A stretch of DNA of 63,477 nucleotides, counting the filler, from Octopus bimaculoides (taxonomy: Eukaryota), in assembly GCF_001194135.2 (NCBI RefSeq). It is 8 parts of 7 records of this genome, joined end to end, with 100 filler letters (N's around TTAATTAATTAA, not from the genome) between each part and the next. Parts side by side here need not be neighbours in the genome. Positions count along the whole stretch, not along the records: positions 1 to 21,502 come from NC_068981.1; 7 more parts are not named here. One strand, written 5' to 3'. Within the stretch, counting starts at the first letter, position 1. The number at the start of each line of letters is the position of its first letter. The translations under genes and the position numbers were made by a program. This document shows, piece by piece, positions 1 through 12,865 of this stretch. The notes under the pieces are model-generated. The model was not told where the DNA came from. It saw only the letters and a list, made by a program, of their open reading frames with translations, and did no database searches.

Positions 1-336
1 ACATTCTGTGAACAGGAATTAATCTTCCCTCCTAGCTCCTTTGCGACACATGGGCTCAACTCTCCTCCCCTTCTCACCCCCCACCACTCTCCTCTCTTCC
101 TCTCGCATAGAAACTCATAAATTTATTCTGTATGAATACATTTTTCACCCTTAAATATTTATAATTGTATATAAATTCATTCATTAGTTACTATAATTTA
201 TTAGTTTCTTTTGCATATTCTTAGTTTATGCATGTGTATGCAAATATAGTATTGGTACATCCCATTTATGTTCATTAGAAATTAAATAATTAAGAGAATT
301 GACATGTACGAATATTTATTTCCCCCCAGTGTTCCT

Positions 337-484
337 GGCACGTGAAAAGTCATTTGAGCGAGATCGTTGCCAGTGCCGCTGGCCAGTCAGGCAGTACTGG
401 CAACAGCCGTGCTCAAAATGGTGTATTTTACGTGCCACCTGCACAGGAGCCAGTCCAGTGGCACTGGTAACGATCTCGCTTGAG
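337..484. mobile_element. Rearranged fragment of the RTE-LINE 3' UTR hairpin array (forward piece followed by an inverted piece)
   Basis: 337-382 matches the plus-strand array at about 19334-19380; 383-484 is the reverse complement of the same array segment extending to about 19452. Confidence 0.8.
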
Positions 485-489
485 GACTG

Positions 490-1030
490 TTCTAACCTCC
501 ACTTGGCATGGTTTCTATGGCACCAGCACCAGTGAAGATACCAAGTAATATGGAAAACAAGACCCTTCAACTGAGGGACAGATGTAATAAAGGAGGTGGC
601 TTTATACCAGATGATGAGAGAATAAAAAGATTGACGGACAGAAACAGTGTCTTGCTGTAGAGCAGATACATGGCAACCTCAGTTGAAAAACAGAGAGGTA
701 GGAGAAAGAGAGAGAGAAGGGGGGGAGATATGATGATGGTGAAAATGTGTCAGAGCCTAGCCAAAATTTAGAGGGAGGTGAATGAATATAAGTGAAATAG
801 TAGAGAGGATTAAACAGGGTGTGTGGGCAGGTAAATTTGCAAGAGGGTGAAAGGAGAGTGGGAAACAGAGGGGGGAAGAATGCAGTGAGTAGTGAACATA
901 GGTGGAGGGAGGGGATGTTAGGAAGATGAGTTGTTGGGGAGAGATTCACTATGGATAGATTGTATGCAGGGGTATAGACATAAAAAAAATGCCTTTAGGG
1001 ACACATTTTATATGAGTGAAAAAAATGCAG
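490..1030 (-). repeat. Unclassified interspersed repeat, probably the body of an RTE-tailed element
   Basis: Shares 'ttggcatggtttctatggc' with the minus-strand RTE-tailed copy at about 16261-16280; the continuation is purine-rich and has no credible ORF. Confidence 0.4.
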
Positions 1031-1469
1031 GCAAATATTTAAGTGTATTAACATGGCATTTTAACGAATTTGAGCATTATCATGATAAATTACCTCTTTG
1101 CTACACCAACTGCAGCCTTCTCCTGCTGTTATACATGCTCCACATGTTATCTGCTTTTGACATATATTGTGTTTCTTACTACCTGGAAAAATAAATTTTT
1201 AAAAAGTGTTAAAAGAATAAAAATGGTAAAAATGAAAAAAAGCAGAGTTTAATATTCTTATATTGAGTTATATGATAGTAAAATAACATCCTTTAATGAA
1301 ATCATCACCCTACAATATACAGGATGCCTGGGATACTTGAAGACAATTATCAGTATACTCTCTTCAAATCAATTAAAAATATCTTATTTCTTTCAGCTCT
1401 CGCATGTCAAATAAAATGCTAACACAAGAATTTAAAAAGACATGTAGTCATGGTTGGTATATGTGCAGA

Positions 1470-3621
1470 ACAAGCCCCAAGCCCATCAGAAATCACTGCT
1501 GAGATGCTTAAAATATCTGGCAGCGTGGGTTATGGCCTAGTCACCCATATTGTAAACCAGGTAGTTCATAATGGAGTCGTACCCAATGACTGGGTTAGTG
1601 GCACCATAGTCAACTGCTACAAGGGTAAAGGTGACGCTTTACATAGAAATAACTACAGGGGTATCAAACTGCTGGATCAGGTTATGAAGGTCACAGAGAG
1701 GGTCATAGCCCAACTAATTAGGGAGAGAGTATGCTTAGATGAGATGCAGTTCAGTTTTGTCCCAGGTAGAAGCACCACTGATGCTATATTCCTGGTGCAG
1801 CAACTGCAGGAGAAATACTTAGCCAAAGATAAACCTCTATACTTGGCTTTTGTGGACTTGGAGAAAGCCTTTGACAAGGTCCCCCGATCCCTTATCTAGT
1901 GGGCAATGTGGAAACTATGGATTGACGATTAGTTAATAAAGGCTACACAGGCCCTATACAGGGGTGCTGTTAGTAAGGTTAAGGTTGGCAAGGAGTATTG
2001 TGAAGAATTCCGGGTAGAAGTAGGGGTCCACTAAGGATCAGCCCTCAGCGCCTTCTTATTCATCACAGTCCTCCAGGCAATAACAGGAATTCAAGACAGG
2101 TTGCCCCTGGGAGCTCCTCTATGCAGATGACCTGGCCCTCATAGCAGAATTACTACCAGAACTAGAGAAGAAATTTCAGGTGTGGAAGCAAGGTTTAGAA
2201 TTGAAGGGCCTTAGAGTCAATGTTGCAAAAACCAAAGTCTTGGTAAGTAGGAAGGCGAACACATCACACACACCCCTTCAGGTAGATGGCTCTGCTCGAT
2301 CTGTAGAAAAGGTGTAGGTAGAAACTCCGTAAGATACCCACTGTAAGCTATGGACACATAAGAGGTGCAGCAATATCAAAGGAAGATTAACCGGGAAGAT
2401 AACTTTCGTGTGAAGCAGATGCACAGGGGCAATAAACACCACAGATACTCAGAAAACAGATTCCATAACATGACAGGGTGAGAAACTAGAAGTAGTTGAT
2501 AACTTCCACTACCTAGGTGACCAAGTCTGTAGTGGGGGTGGCTGCTCAGAGAGTGTTACAACGAGAATAAGAATAGCCTGGGAAAAGTTCAGAAAGCTTT
2601 TACCCCTACTGATGATAAAATGTCTCTCTACGATGCATGTGTGTGAACTGCCGTGTTTCACATGATCTGCTAGATGTGTAATGTCAGTGTGCACACATGA
2701 CAGAGTGTAAGCGCCCCGAGAGAAATGTTGGACATAAGAAAGCATCGGATGTGACATGCAAGAGAGACGTCTGTGCTGGTATGGTCATGCACTAAGGATG
2801 GATGAGGAGAACTGTGTGAAGAAGTGCCACTCCCAAACAGTGAAAGGAACTCATGGTAGAGGAAGACTCAGGAAAACATGGGATGAGGTGGTGAAGCATG
2901 ACCTTCAAACGCTGGGCCTCACAGAGGTAATGACGAAAGACTGAGACCTCTGGAGATATGCTGTGACTGAGACAACCTGGCAAATAAAGTGAACTCACAG
3001 CTGTAGCCTACGCCAGTGTCGCATAACCAGCCCACTCAAAAGTACCTTTTGGATCATAGGGTGACATGCCGTGCTTGAGGAGACCTATTGAGTCAAGTAC
3101 ATCAACATCAAAATCAAATCAAACCACAATCAAATAGAAATTGTATTTGTGGCTGATGCCAGCATCACCTTTCTGGCTCCCCGTGCCAGTGACACATAAA
3201 GAGGACCATCCAAACATGGTCAATGCCAGCCCCCTCGCCCCGACTGGCCCCTGTGCCAGTGGCACATGAAAAGCACCATCCGAACGTGGCTAATGCCAGC
3301 GCCGCCTTGACTAGCTCCCATGCCGGTGGCACGCAAGAGCACCATCCAAATGTGGTTGATGCCAGCCCCCTCTGCTCCCGTGCCAGTGGCACGTAAAAGC
3401 ACCATCCAAATGTGGTCGATGCCAGCCCACTTTGGCCTGTGCACGTAAAAAGCACCCACTACACTCTTGGAGTGGTTGGTGTTAGGAAGGGCATCCAGCT
3501 GTAGAAAACACTGCCAGATCAGATTGGAGCCTGGTGCAGCTTCCTAGCTTCTCAGACCCCCAGTCGAACCGTCCAACCCATGCCAGCATGGAAAACGGAC
3601 GTTAAACAATGATGATGATGA
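1470..3621 (+). mobile_element. 5'-truncated, degenerate RTE-clade LINE (reverse transcriptase, 3' UTR and (GAT)n tail)
   Basis: ORF 1450-1899 has RT motifs (YKGKGDALHRNNYRGIKLL, QFSFVPGRSTTDAIF, AFVDLEKAFDKVPR). Downstream are ELLYADDLALIAE, FHYLGD and RRLCWYGHALRM..GRGRLRKTW, broken by stops and frameshifts. The element ends with ggacgttaaacaatgatgatgatg. Confidence 0.92.
3186..3460 (+). repeat. Tandem array of 4-5 diverged 58-70 bp units in the RTE 3' UTR
   Basis: Units start at 3186, 3256, 3323, 3383 and about 3441 with ccagtggcacgtaaaagcacc-like heads; most contain a GCCAG...CTGGC-like inverted pair. Confidence 0.85.
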
Positions 3622-3624
3622 CAG

Positions 3625-4110
3625 TGACTTAGAAATTGCCAACTTTCAAAATGTTGCAAAATATTTTGTGTGAAAAGTTTGGATGGAATTAGAAGTTAAT
3701 GGTAGTAATGCTTCAGCTGTATCAAAGAGAATTCATGCTTACAGAGACACAAGAAAACTGTTTGATCCATGGCAAGTACTTACTTAACAACGTTTACAAA
3801 AAACAAAAAACAAAAAAATCCCACAAACATGGTATGCTGTGGTTCTTCTCTGATGAAAAAAAAATCTACAGCCAAGACCAAAAGTCTAACATGAGAAATG
3901 ACAGATGCTTATATGTGGATTCTTCTGATATTTCCAGAGTGATGCACACTAAGTTCTCAGTAACTGAGATGCTTTTAGCAATGGTAAGTAACAAAGGTCA
4001 TATAATGCCACTTCTCTTCTTTCCACAAGGTCTTAGAATTAATGCTGTTGAATACATTGAGGTGCTAGAGACAGTTGTTAAGCCCTGAAAGGACAAAGTA
4101 TGCAATAGAG
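3625..4110 (+). mobile_element. Degenerate, internally deleted Tc1/mariner-superfamily transposase, maT/DD37D-like
   Basis: EIANFQNVAKYFV (HTH-like N-terminus), then WFFSDEKK..QDQKSNMRNDR..VMHTKF..MVSNKGHIMP..FPQGLRINAVEYIEVLETVVKP. The second catalytic Asp region is missing. Confidence 0.8.
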
Positions 4111-4149
4111 GAGGCTGCTGAAAAGTTCCTGGCTTTGGGTAAAAGAAAA

Positions 4150-4500
4150 TACAGGTGGAATCTATAGAGATGATGTCTTCTACAGATGTTGCTTTAGGAT
4201 GACACTAAAAATTTCTTGATGTGACAACATTACAAAAGGAGTATGGAAAGGACTGGGTTGATTAACTTATGAGATACTAGCATGATAAAAATGTGGAAGA
4301 TGCTTAGCCATGTGCCATGTATGCCCACGAAGAAACTGGTGAGGGCCTGTTTCAAAGTCAGAGAGGAAGTAGAGAAAGCAAAGTAGACCTGTCAAGAACT
4401 GGTTGAGGATGGTGAAGGGAAGACCTGACCTGACAAATATGTACCTGGCTCGCAAGTAGGCTCATGATAAGACTTGTTGCTTTGCTGGATGGAGATCTCT
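4150..4500 (+). mobile_element. Very degenerate 3' fragment of an RTE-like LINE
   Basis: The region around 4300-4420 resembles the GHV..MP...GRP.KNW C-terminal pattern of RTE RT; heavily mutated. Confidence 0.35.
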
Positions 4501-4799
4501 TGTTATCTTCATAGAGAGTGTGAGGAACTAAGACTATGTTCACTCATCCAACTGGGATATTGATTAGATGTGTAGGGCACCAAATGGAAACCACATTGAA
4601 CTGTACTAAACTGTACGTAAACTTTATTAGTTGGTCTCTTATTCTACATGTATATGGAATGTGTAGTGTAGCAAATTATATCAATAAACTGTTTTGCAAT
4701 CCCACCATGACTTTACAGACACACTGTGTGATTATAAACTAAATACAAACTAATTCTTCAACTAGAAGATATATTTGTCAACAATAAGTAGATTTCTTT

Positions 4800-4980
4800 T
4801 TACATAGACACAAGGCTTCAGTTTTTTTTTAGTGAAAGGTATAGCTGATTATATTGAGCTCAGTACCTGACTGATATTTTATTGGCCCCAGAAAGATGAA
4901 AGGAAAAAACTGACATTAGTGGGATTTGAACTCAGAAAATTAAAGAGTTGTAACTAAATACCTTAATGCTCTAATAACGG
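4800..4980 (-). mobile_element. Degenerate tRNA-derived SINE
   Basis: gtgggatttgaactcag (about 4919-4936) is the reverse complement of a B box (GAGTTCAAATCCC); the adjacent sequence resembles a SINE body. Confidence 0.55.
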
Positions 4981-7900
4981 ATACAATGCTTAAGTTATGT
5001 AGTCACAACTCAGCACTCTATTTGCCAATCCAATTGGATTAATATCATGCTGAATTTAATATAGTATAAGCCCACAGACACCTGCATACACACATATTCA
5101 ATGAATGGATTTATATCTTTCGTTTTATCATTGTAGTTCCTCTTGCAATTTACCAGAGCTAAATTTATCAAGTTAGCTATAATTTAAAACACCGAAACAA
5201 AATGAAAATATTGCTAAATCCAGTGTAACAAAGTGTAATGATAATAGCCTCTTTTCATAAAAATTAGCTACATTAAGTTCCTATTCATGCTCAAATGCTA
5301 AAATGAGAGCAAGGTCCGGGGGAAGTATTTAAAAATGTTGTGTATAGGCATGTGCATGGATGTGTAATACACTGACATATGCAAATATTTAGTATATTAA
5401 GTATAGAGAGAAAATGTCAGATGTTTTATAATGGGACATAACTCGACCTCTATCCACAAGAACTAATAACATAATTGCAGATATTAACATGACCTAGTAA
5501 GGTAAGTTAAGTTACACATGTAAATGGTACCATATTTAAAATATATACATATATTTCTCATAGTTTAAATTGAAACAATAACTAGTCTTGGCTGATCTTA
5601 ATAATTGAGATCAATTTTACATTCTTTGTTTCTTCCATTAAAGCCTATCTTGTTCACATTCACTTTGCCCGAGTATTAAATTCTAAAAAATGCAGCATTT
5701 CTGAAGCTTCTGCTTTAACACTTTAAAACTATCTAGAATTAGGTGGAAAAGCAACTAAACTAAATGGGAGTTATAAAGGAGTTTTATATAACAGATTACA
5801 TTGTTTTTTAAAAACTGCAAGTATCTTTATTGCATAGCGCAAACCTAAATAGTAAAGCATTATGTAAATGTGAAACTGATATTGTTAAAAAAGTCAGCAA
5901 AAATTTAAGCTAAAAAACCGTTTCAAACAAAAGAATATGTACTTGAAATTAAGTCAATTTTTTTTTTGTTTTTCTTTATTACATTTGTTCATTATAAGAT
6001 GATAATATCCTAAATTCCCATTAGGGTAATACAAAATATTTCATATAAAATTTTTTACCATAAACCTTCATCTGTGAAATAACAAAAAAGTTGAACTATA
6101 TTTTCTCTAGAGGAAATATTGAATCTACTTGATTAGGCATAAGAGTTAATTCTTTTATAAAGTATATTTAGTGGTAACAATCTCTTACATATTGTTCATA
6201 TCTTATATTTGATTTTAGGAAGAAAGCCAAAGTTATTTCCAGTGAAATTTGAACTCCGGACAAAAACTGAATTAACTATAGAAATATGGAATTAGGTGTG
6301 TTTGTCTACTTCAGTACTAATTTTATCATTCTTTTTTTCTCTTTTATTTTTTTTTCAGGAATATTAAATATTACAAACTAAAATATATCAGCAACTGACA
6401 ATATCTGGATCTAGGTGTCTTTATTGAAGCAAGAAGACGAAACAAAGTACACAACATATTGATCTCTTTTATGAAAATGTATGGAAGAAAATTGATACCA
6501 AATTTAATGTTTATATTTTAATTCTAGAATAGTTCCTTATACTGTCTCAACTATTCTTACATGGCAGCTTTGTTATATTTCAAGTTAAAATCTCACAGGT
6601 AAGGATATCACTAACAAATTGAAGATGAAAAAATACTGAATAATAAATGATTGATTTCAAAATTCATCAATAATCAGTATAGCATTTTATCAGCAGTAAT
6701 CATACACAGCACTTTTTATTGCCTCAAAAACAAAGTAGTCTGTGTCAAAATCAGCCTTAACTGATGCTTTAAATATAAGTCACAACAAATCTTCACTCGA
6801 ACTTTTTTGGATGTTATGGCATAGTTAACATAGTTCTAATGTATAATGTAAGTTACTCCAAAGGCTTCCTTCCGCCTACATAGCCTGAGTCACATACTTA
6901 TATATACAACAACAAGCTTCATTAAACAGTTTTTGTGAGATATAAGTTGAAGGACTTACTCACAGAATTCCCTATAAATAGCAAATCTAGCAAGAATTGC
7001 TGCCAAACCTCAAATATGCATCACTAGTGAGATACAAATAGTAGCAGGCAGATATCTAAGAGAAGGAAATCAGCAACTAGTGAGTAGGCAGCAAGATAAA
7101 CCTAGAGCTTCTTTTATTTTTCTTTCCCTTCCTTTTAAAACATCTGAATGTTTAAGCACAAGCAGTAGCTAAACATAGATTTGAAAATATACTTTAAAAG
7201 ATTAAGATATATTCTCTCCTACCCTTCTCTTAGTAACATACTTTTGGGAATAAGAAACTATTACTTAAAACAACTTATATAAATATCTTCTAAAATCTTA
7301 ATGTAATAATTTACAGTTGATATGAACTTTATTACATCACAATTATTTAATGTTAAAAAGTAGGAACCATTTATTTTATCGAGTATATTTTATTCTTCTA
7401 TTACAATAGACAGAAAGCCGGTCCTACTCTCCTGAAAGACACATTTTTATAGAAAAATAAGACAAGATTAGATCAAAAATAAATAAATAAATAAATATAC
7501 CCATCTGTTGTTAATTACTAAAGAAAGCAATACAAGGGTATAAAAAAGTAGGAAATAATAAGTGTGTGTGTGTGTGTATATATATATTGTAGAGAAAACA
7601 GTGGGGAAAAGATTACAAATCTGAGAAAATGTCTTTTTTTAGTTAGAAAGCAGAAACACATGTTTGGTTGGATAAAGAAGTCAATCCAGTCTCCAGTAGT
7701 CAAATATTTCTATAAATATACCTAAGTTAAGGAATATATTAAACTGTTTTTTTCTACTATAAAATAGTTTCTTTGTAAATTAAGCAGTGGATTGAAAACT
7801 TTTTAATGAATTTAGATAGTCTAAATAGTTTTCAATAAAGATTACTTTTAAGTTGAATGTATCTATATACAGCAGTTAAGAAGACTTTCCTGCACAGGTA

Positions 7901-8294
7901 GATAAATCCACATATTTTCCCTGAGATTAAGTAGTTGTTCTTAAAATTAGAAACAAAAATTTCAAGATTATCTTAACGACCCTCTAACAATAGGGAGATC
8001 TCAACTAATTTATATAATCATTTATAAATAAGGTCATTGGCAAAAACATTATTTTCAGTTAAATATATCCATTATACAAAGCCCATGAAAGACAAATACA
8101 CATTATATAAAAAGGTTAATAAATGATTAAAAGCAACTTAAATATGGTCACAAAACAATGAAGTAAGAAATGAACAAAAGACAATGAAAATGTATCCACT
8201 AAAATCAGCTAACCATTGTCTAAATATCATGTGAAATTTACAAAGGAGCAGTCAAAATCTTTGATGCTTAAAACAAAAAAAATATATAAATATA

Positions 8295-10720
8295 TAATTA
8301 TTTTAATTGGTTTGGTCTGGAGAAAGTGGCTGTGCCCACAGCCTTTGCTTTGTAGGCCTGCTGAGACTGGTGAGACTGATACTGTTAATACTGAATTTAA
8401 ACTGTTGCAAGTTGATGACCACATGGAAAGCATTTGCAGGGTGCAAATTTCAGAGGGACAGTATTCTAGGGAAGAAGGGATGGTCATAGTGGTTAGGGAA
8501 GAGCCTTGATGGGGAAACAGTATGGGTGATGATAGATGAATGAATTGAAAATATTTGAGTGGAAGTGACCAGCCACAGTAATGAAGGTAGAAAAGGAAGA
8601 GAAAGGAGACAGTACAATTGTAGGTCAGAAATTGGAATGAGTTTATGAGTGACCTTTCTTTGGACATGGTCTAAGATACCTGTGTAATAGTAGCGCCATC
8701 CTAAATACTGGAATAAGGTTCCATTGTAGGGCTAGTGTAAGTTTTGTAGAGAGCAATTAGTTACTGTGAGACTGAAGTATTTTCTGGCTTTGAAGAGGAA
8801 GGATAGTTTTTGCAGTATTGAGGCTGTGTGTTCCAGGAGAGATCCTCATTGATAGTAGGTGCCTAGCATTTGAAATGATTACCAAAGTTCTAGTTATATG
8901 CTGTTCATGTTTAGAAAGAAGAATGTGGGAAGCGAAAATGAACCCTGAGGCACACCTGAGGTGATGGGCTGTGGGTTAGAGATAACTCCATCAACACATG
9001 CCATGATAGTACAATTGACAGGAAGCCAGTGATCTAAGAGGCATGAGATTGATCCTATAGGTAGGCAGTTTTGACGAGATTCACATGACAGACTAGGCCA
9101 AAAGCTTTGTTGATGTTGAGTAGGTTGCCAGTAGATCTGGTTTTACAAGATCTGCACTGGTAGTCAGTAAGGAAGGAGAGAGCTTCAAAGTGTTGGAGTA
9201 GGTTGTTATTAATAGCTATTTCTCCTACTTGTGGATATTAGATGTAAATAGAACAGGATGGTGTTTGGTAGGATCAGAAGGATTGTCACTTTTGATCTCT
9301 CTCGATCAAAAATTTTATTGCGAATAGGGATCATCTGGGATGTATTGTTTGAGGGAAATGGAAGGAATAATATCAGGGTCAGTAGTCTTGTTGATCTGAA
9401 ATGACTGGAAGTACTTTCACACTTGGTATGTATGTGCATTCCATTTGGCTTACCATGAAGTAAGCCAGATGGAATGAAAAAAGATAATTGTGGAGAAGAT
9501 TTATTTAGTATGAGCATTTTTGGATGCAAAATAGGGAGCAAATGTGAAAGCTTTCACCATGAAAGTACTGCTCATAGAACCACCATGGTTAAAAAGTGGA
9601 GGAAAGGATTCTACAAAGTTGGTAGAGATCCTTGTAATTGGTGGATAGACTAAAAAATATGGAGACGTACAATTTGGATGATAGCTTCACAGATGTTGCA
9701 GTGCTGTTTAAGAGTTATCCAATTTGTAAGGTGAATTATTTTCTCCAAGCTTTGCAGGCCATATTTCTTGGTCTGCACTGCTGCAGTACAGTTATGTGTT
9801 AACCATTTGGGGGAATTGGTGCTGTGAGATGTGAAGGGACATGCCAAGTGGATGGCTTTAGTCACTATCTGTCTGTTTCTGATAGGTTAAGCATGAAGTA
9901 CATATGCTGCTAGGGAAAGCAAATATAAAACTGGGGAGCTCCAACAAAGTTGAAGTGTCATGTGTAGTGTACTGGATGTGTAATGGGTAGTCAAGAATCA
10001 ACAGGTGCAGAGACAGTTATGGTCAGGTAGCATTTGGGTTTAGAGGTAAGAAAGAGATCCAGAGAGCTAGGAGTGTCAGGGGTGTATATTGATAGTGTTA
10101 GTTAGTGTGGAGCATGGAAGATTATAAAAGAATCAGTTTCAGCAAAATTAGTATGGGATGGATGTGAGAATCTAGGAAAGTTGTGAATGATGAAGTCAAG
10201 ATAACTTTGAAGAGAACTGAAGAGATAAATTTCCTTGATGTAGGAAGAGATATGACCAAAGAGTTGTTGGTGTGTGGAGGAGTTTAGAGAGTGGTAAAGG
10301 AAGCAGCTGTACTTGGAAGAGTTGGAGAGGGAGACTATAAGTGAGTGTAATTGGAAGTTATTGTTGCAAAAATCTAAGCTAGAGAAAAATATTGGGTTGA
10401 GTGTAATCTACAAAAACACAGACACCATCTTTTGGAATGAAATTTATCCTGGACAGCAGAGATGGACAATAAATATGGGTTGAGAGATTTGTACTTGTGA
10501 GAGGAATAGGATACATTGCATGTTAGTAAGAGATGAAATGAGAGTCTCACTTTAATTGGAGTCCATGGATGTTAAAGAAAAGAGAATTGTTCAGTGAGTT
10601 TATTTCAGTTTTGGCATTTAGAAGTGTCATAGTGTTGTTGTGAGATCACAATAACCACCTGCCAAGAGTCCTAGTCCAAATATTTGCAACAGAGCTAAAA
10701 GCTTCCATAAGACTATACAT
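8295..10720 (-). mobile_element. Degenerate CR1/L2-group LINE ORF2 (APE endonuclease plus RT)
   Basis: The minus strand gives NIHGL, KDGVCVF and PDTPSSLDLFLTS (endonuclease), KSDNPSDPT (RT domain-1-like), TSGVPQGS (about 8940-8970) and a C-terminal NLQQFKFSIN pattern; many stops and frameshifts. Confidence 0.8.
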
Positions 10721-12254
10721 TTTAAGGAAACAGGAGATAAAAAAAAATTGTTTCAACATCAAAATTAGCTTGTACAAGAGACCTGAGTAAGAAAAGTAAA
10801 TATACATATTTAGTGAAAGGTGTGAATTTGAACAATGATCAGTTCCTCTGCTAACTAGTTGAATAAAATTGCAGAATTTATCTTGTTTTAGTTAATTTTG
10901 TTGGTCAACTGGATTCATGAAATATGTATTCATTTAATACAATTTCAAAGAATTGATCTAAATGATGTTTGAATTTGGTAGATGGTACTTTCATAGAAGC
11001 TTGTAGGTGAAATTAATGAAAAATTACAGCTAGTTAATTTTAAAAGTTAACACCTACATATTGAATATAACTAGATTTAATTCTTGAAGTAGGTTAACCC
11101 ATAGTTATATATTTCAAAAATTTACAGAGGTAATTTAATCAGCTATTTGTTCTAGTACCAGTAGGATGTTAAAATAATTAACCAAAAGTGATATTCAGCA
11201 CTATTTTTTCGTTACTTTATTGGATTTTGGAAATTAAACCAATGGTCTAATTGTAATACAATTTAAGTTGATGTCTAACACAGTACAATTCTAATAGTTT
11301 CTAGCATTAAAAACTAGATTCACCTTCAAAATATCTCACTAATTTCAATGCTGATACAGACGTTAGTCCAATTAACATTTTCATAAAAATGATTTGATAA
11401 ACAAAATTTAAAAAAATCTATAATAAATAATTAAAACAAAAATTGACAACTATTGTCATTGATTTCTATAAGAATATGAAGAAATCTCATAAGATCTCTT
11501 TATGATAAATGAAAATATCATTGACTCAATAGATATAATCAGTATATAATTAGATAGTTACAAATCAGTTCCATAGATCAGCTGTACATGGGTTGATGAA
11601 TTAGTATGAGGAAGTCTAACGAGACTGGCAATCATCCAAGTCATACTCATTCAATTTGCATGGTGGGAAAACAAAAAATATGTAAGCTCAGCCAGACAGA
11701 AAACTACACAAGTTTACTTTGAATCAAAATGAGACAATTATTACAGCTTAATTAAGTGAATCTCTAATTAACTGTTCATATAAATATACTAATTGTTCTT
11801 TCCCAAGCAGGACATAATATCTGCTCTTCATTACTGTTGTTAACTTTTCTATCCTCCCAATTATCAATTGCTCACATCATAATTAACAAGAAAATGTAAT
11901 ATACTATTATTACACTCCTGGTTTTTCTTTGTTTTGAAATAAACAGATTTGATATTATAATCTAAGGTATTGAAACCAAATTAAATAAATTCTTAGTTTC
12001 CAAAGTGGTGTGTTTCTTTAGCTATCTATCCCTTTCCATATTCAATAGATTTTGATTCTGATTAAATTCTTTTGTGAAACTCAATGTTGCTCAAGTCAGT
12101 CTTTAATTCTTCAGATGTTGTTTTTGCTGTGCTTCTTTGAAAAGTGCTTTCCACTAATAACCCAAACAACATTTTCATCCAGTTTGCATCATCATCATCA
12201 TTTGCACCACATGTTCAAAGCAAAGCAGTCAAAAAGAGAATTTCTATATAGTTG

Positions 12255-12380
12255 CCTGATCAGCTAGAAAGAGCAACCAAATCTCTCTCAAATTACACCC
12301 TAAAGAGAATGATATCACAGTTAGCTAGAATTCCTTTGATCATAGATCTGCTCAATCAGGGATGACCTGGGTATAGCAGT
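12255..12380 (+). repeat. Short interspersed repeat family; other copies at about 41245-41300 (-), 45785-45945 (-) and 56605-56790 (+)
   Basis: Shared motifs ctagaaa.agc.a.caaatct.. and cctttgatcat.gatctgctc across the copies. Confidence 0.6.
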
Positions 12381-12639
12381 AATTTTCCCTGCATAGCTCT
12401 GAAGACACCTTAATGCTTTGCTGTTTTCTCATTTCACTTGTACTCAATTGTTCTTAAATTGCTCATCCACTGAACAATTCTCATCTCATCTCCCTGCAGT
12501 CATTGCAGGGTTCTCAACACTCAGTCCAACTCTCATTTCCAAACAGTATGGCAATTCTTATGCTAAAAAAAGGAAGGGACAACTGGAAGAAGAGAAAAAA
12601 AGACTATTTAATTTTGTCACCGTCACAAATGTTAGTGAC

Positions 12640-12865
12640 ATGACAAAATGTGCTGGTGTCCACATATAATATGGTTGGTGGTAGAAAGAACATCCAGCTG
12701 TAAAACCCATGCCAAAAATAACATAGCATACACAATAACGTTGGCTAGTTTTTCTCCATTGTTGTGCATTTCGGATGACAAAAGCCATGAATGACAAAAG
12801 CCATGAATGACAAAAGCCATGCCAACATGGGAAAACACAAAATGATGCCAACAACAACAACAATA
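12640..12865 (+). mobile_element. Degenerate RTE-type 3' tail containing a 16-bp triplication
   Basis: ggttggtggtagaaagaacatccagctgtaaaa matches the RTE tail; atgacaaaagccatga is repeated three times at about 12775-12822. Confidence 0.6.

Noticed and set aside
3186-3460. Repeat-with-variable-middle array superficially like a CRISPR array
   Set aside because: Eukaryotic context, no cas genes, the middles are homologous to each other, and the array is part of a retrotransposon 3' UTR.
6358-6420. Very strong plus-strand acceptor (long T-tract plus cAG)
   Set aside because: Stops in all three frames within 40 nt and no clear donor.
7390-7930. Possible downstream minus-strand exons for the signal-peptide gene (near 7430, 7700 and 7920; also 6880, 13740, 14700 and 17440)
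   Set aside because: Each has a weak splice site or an in-frame stop when joined in phase 1; none gives a recognisable peptide.
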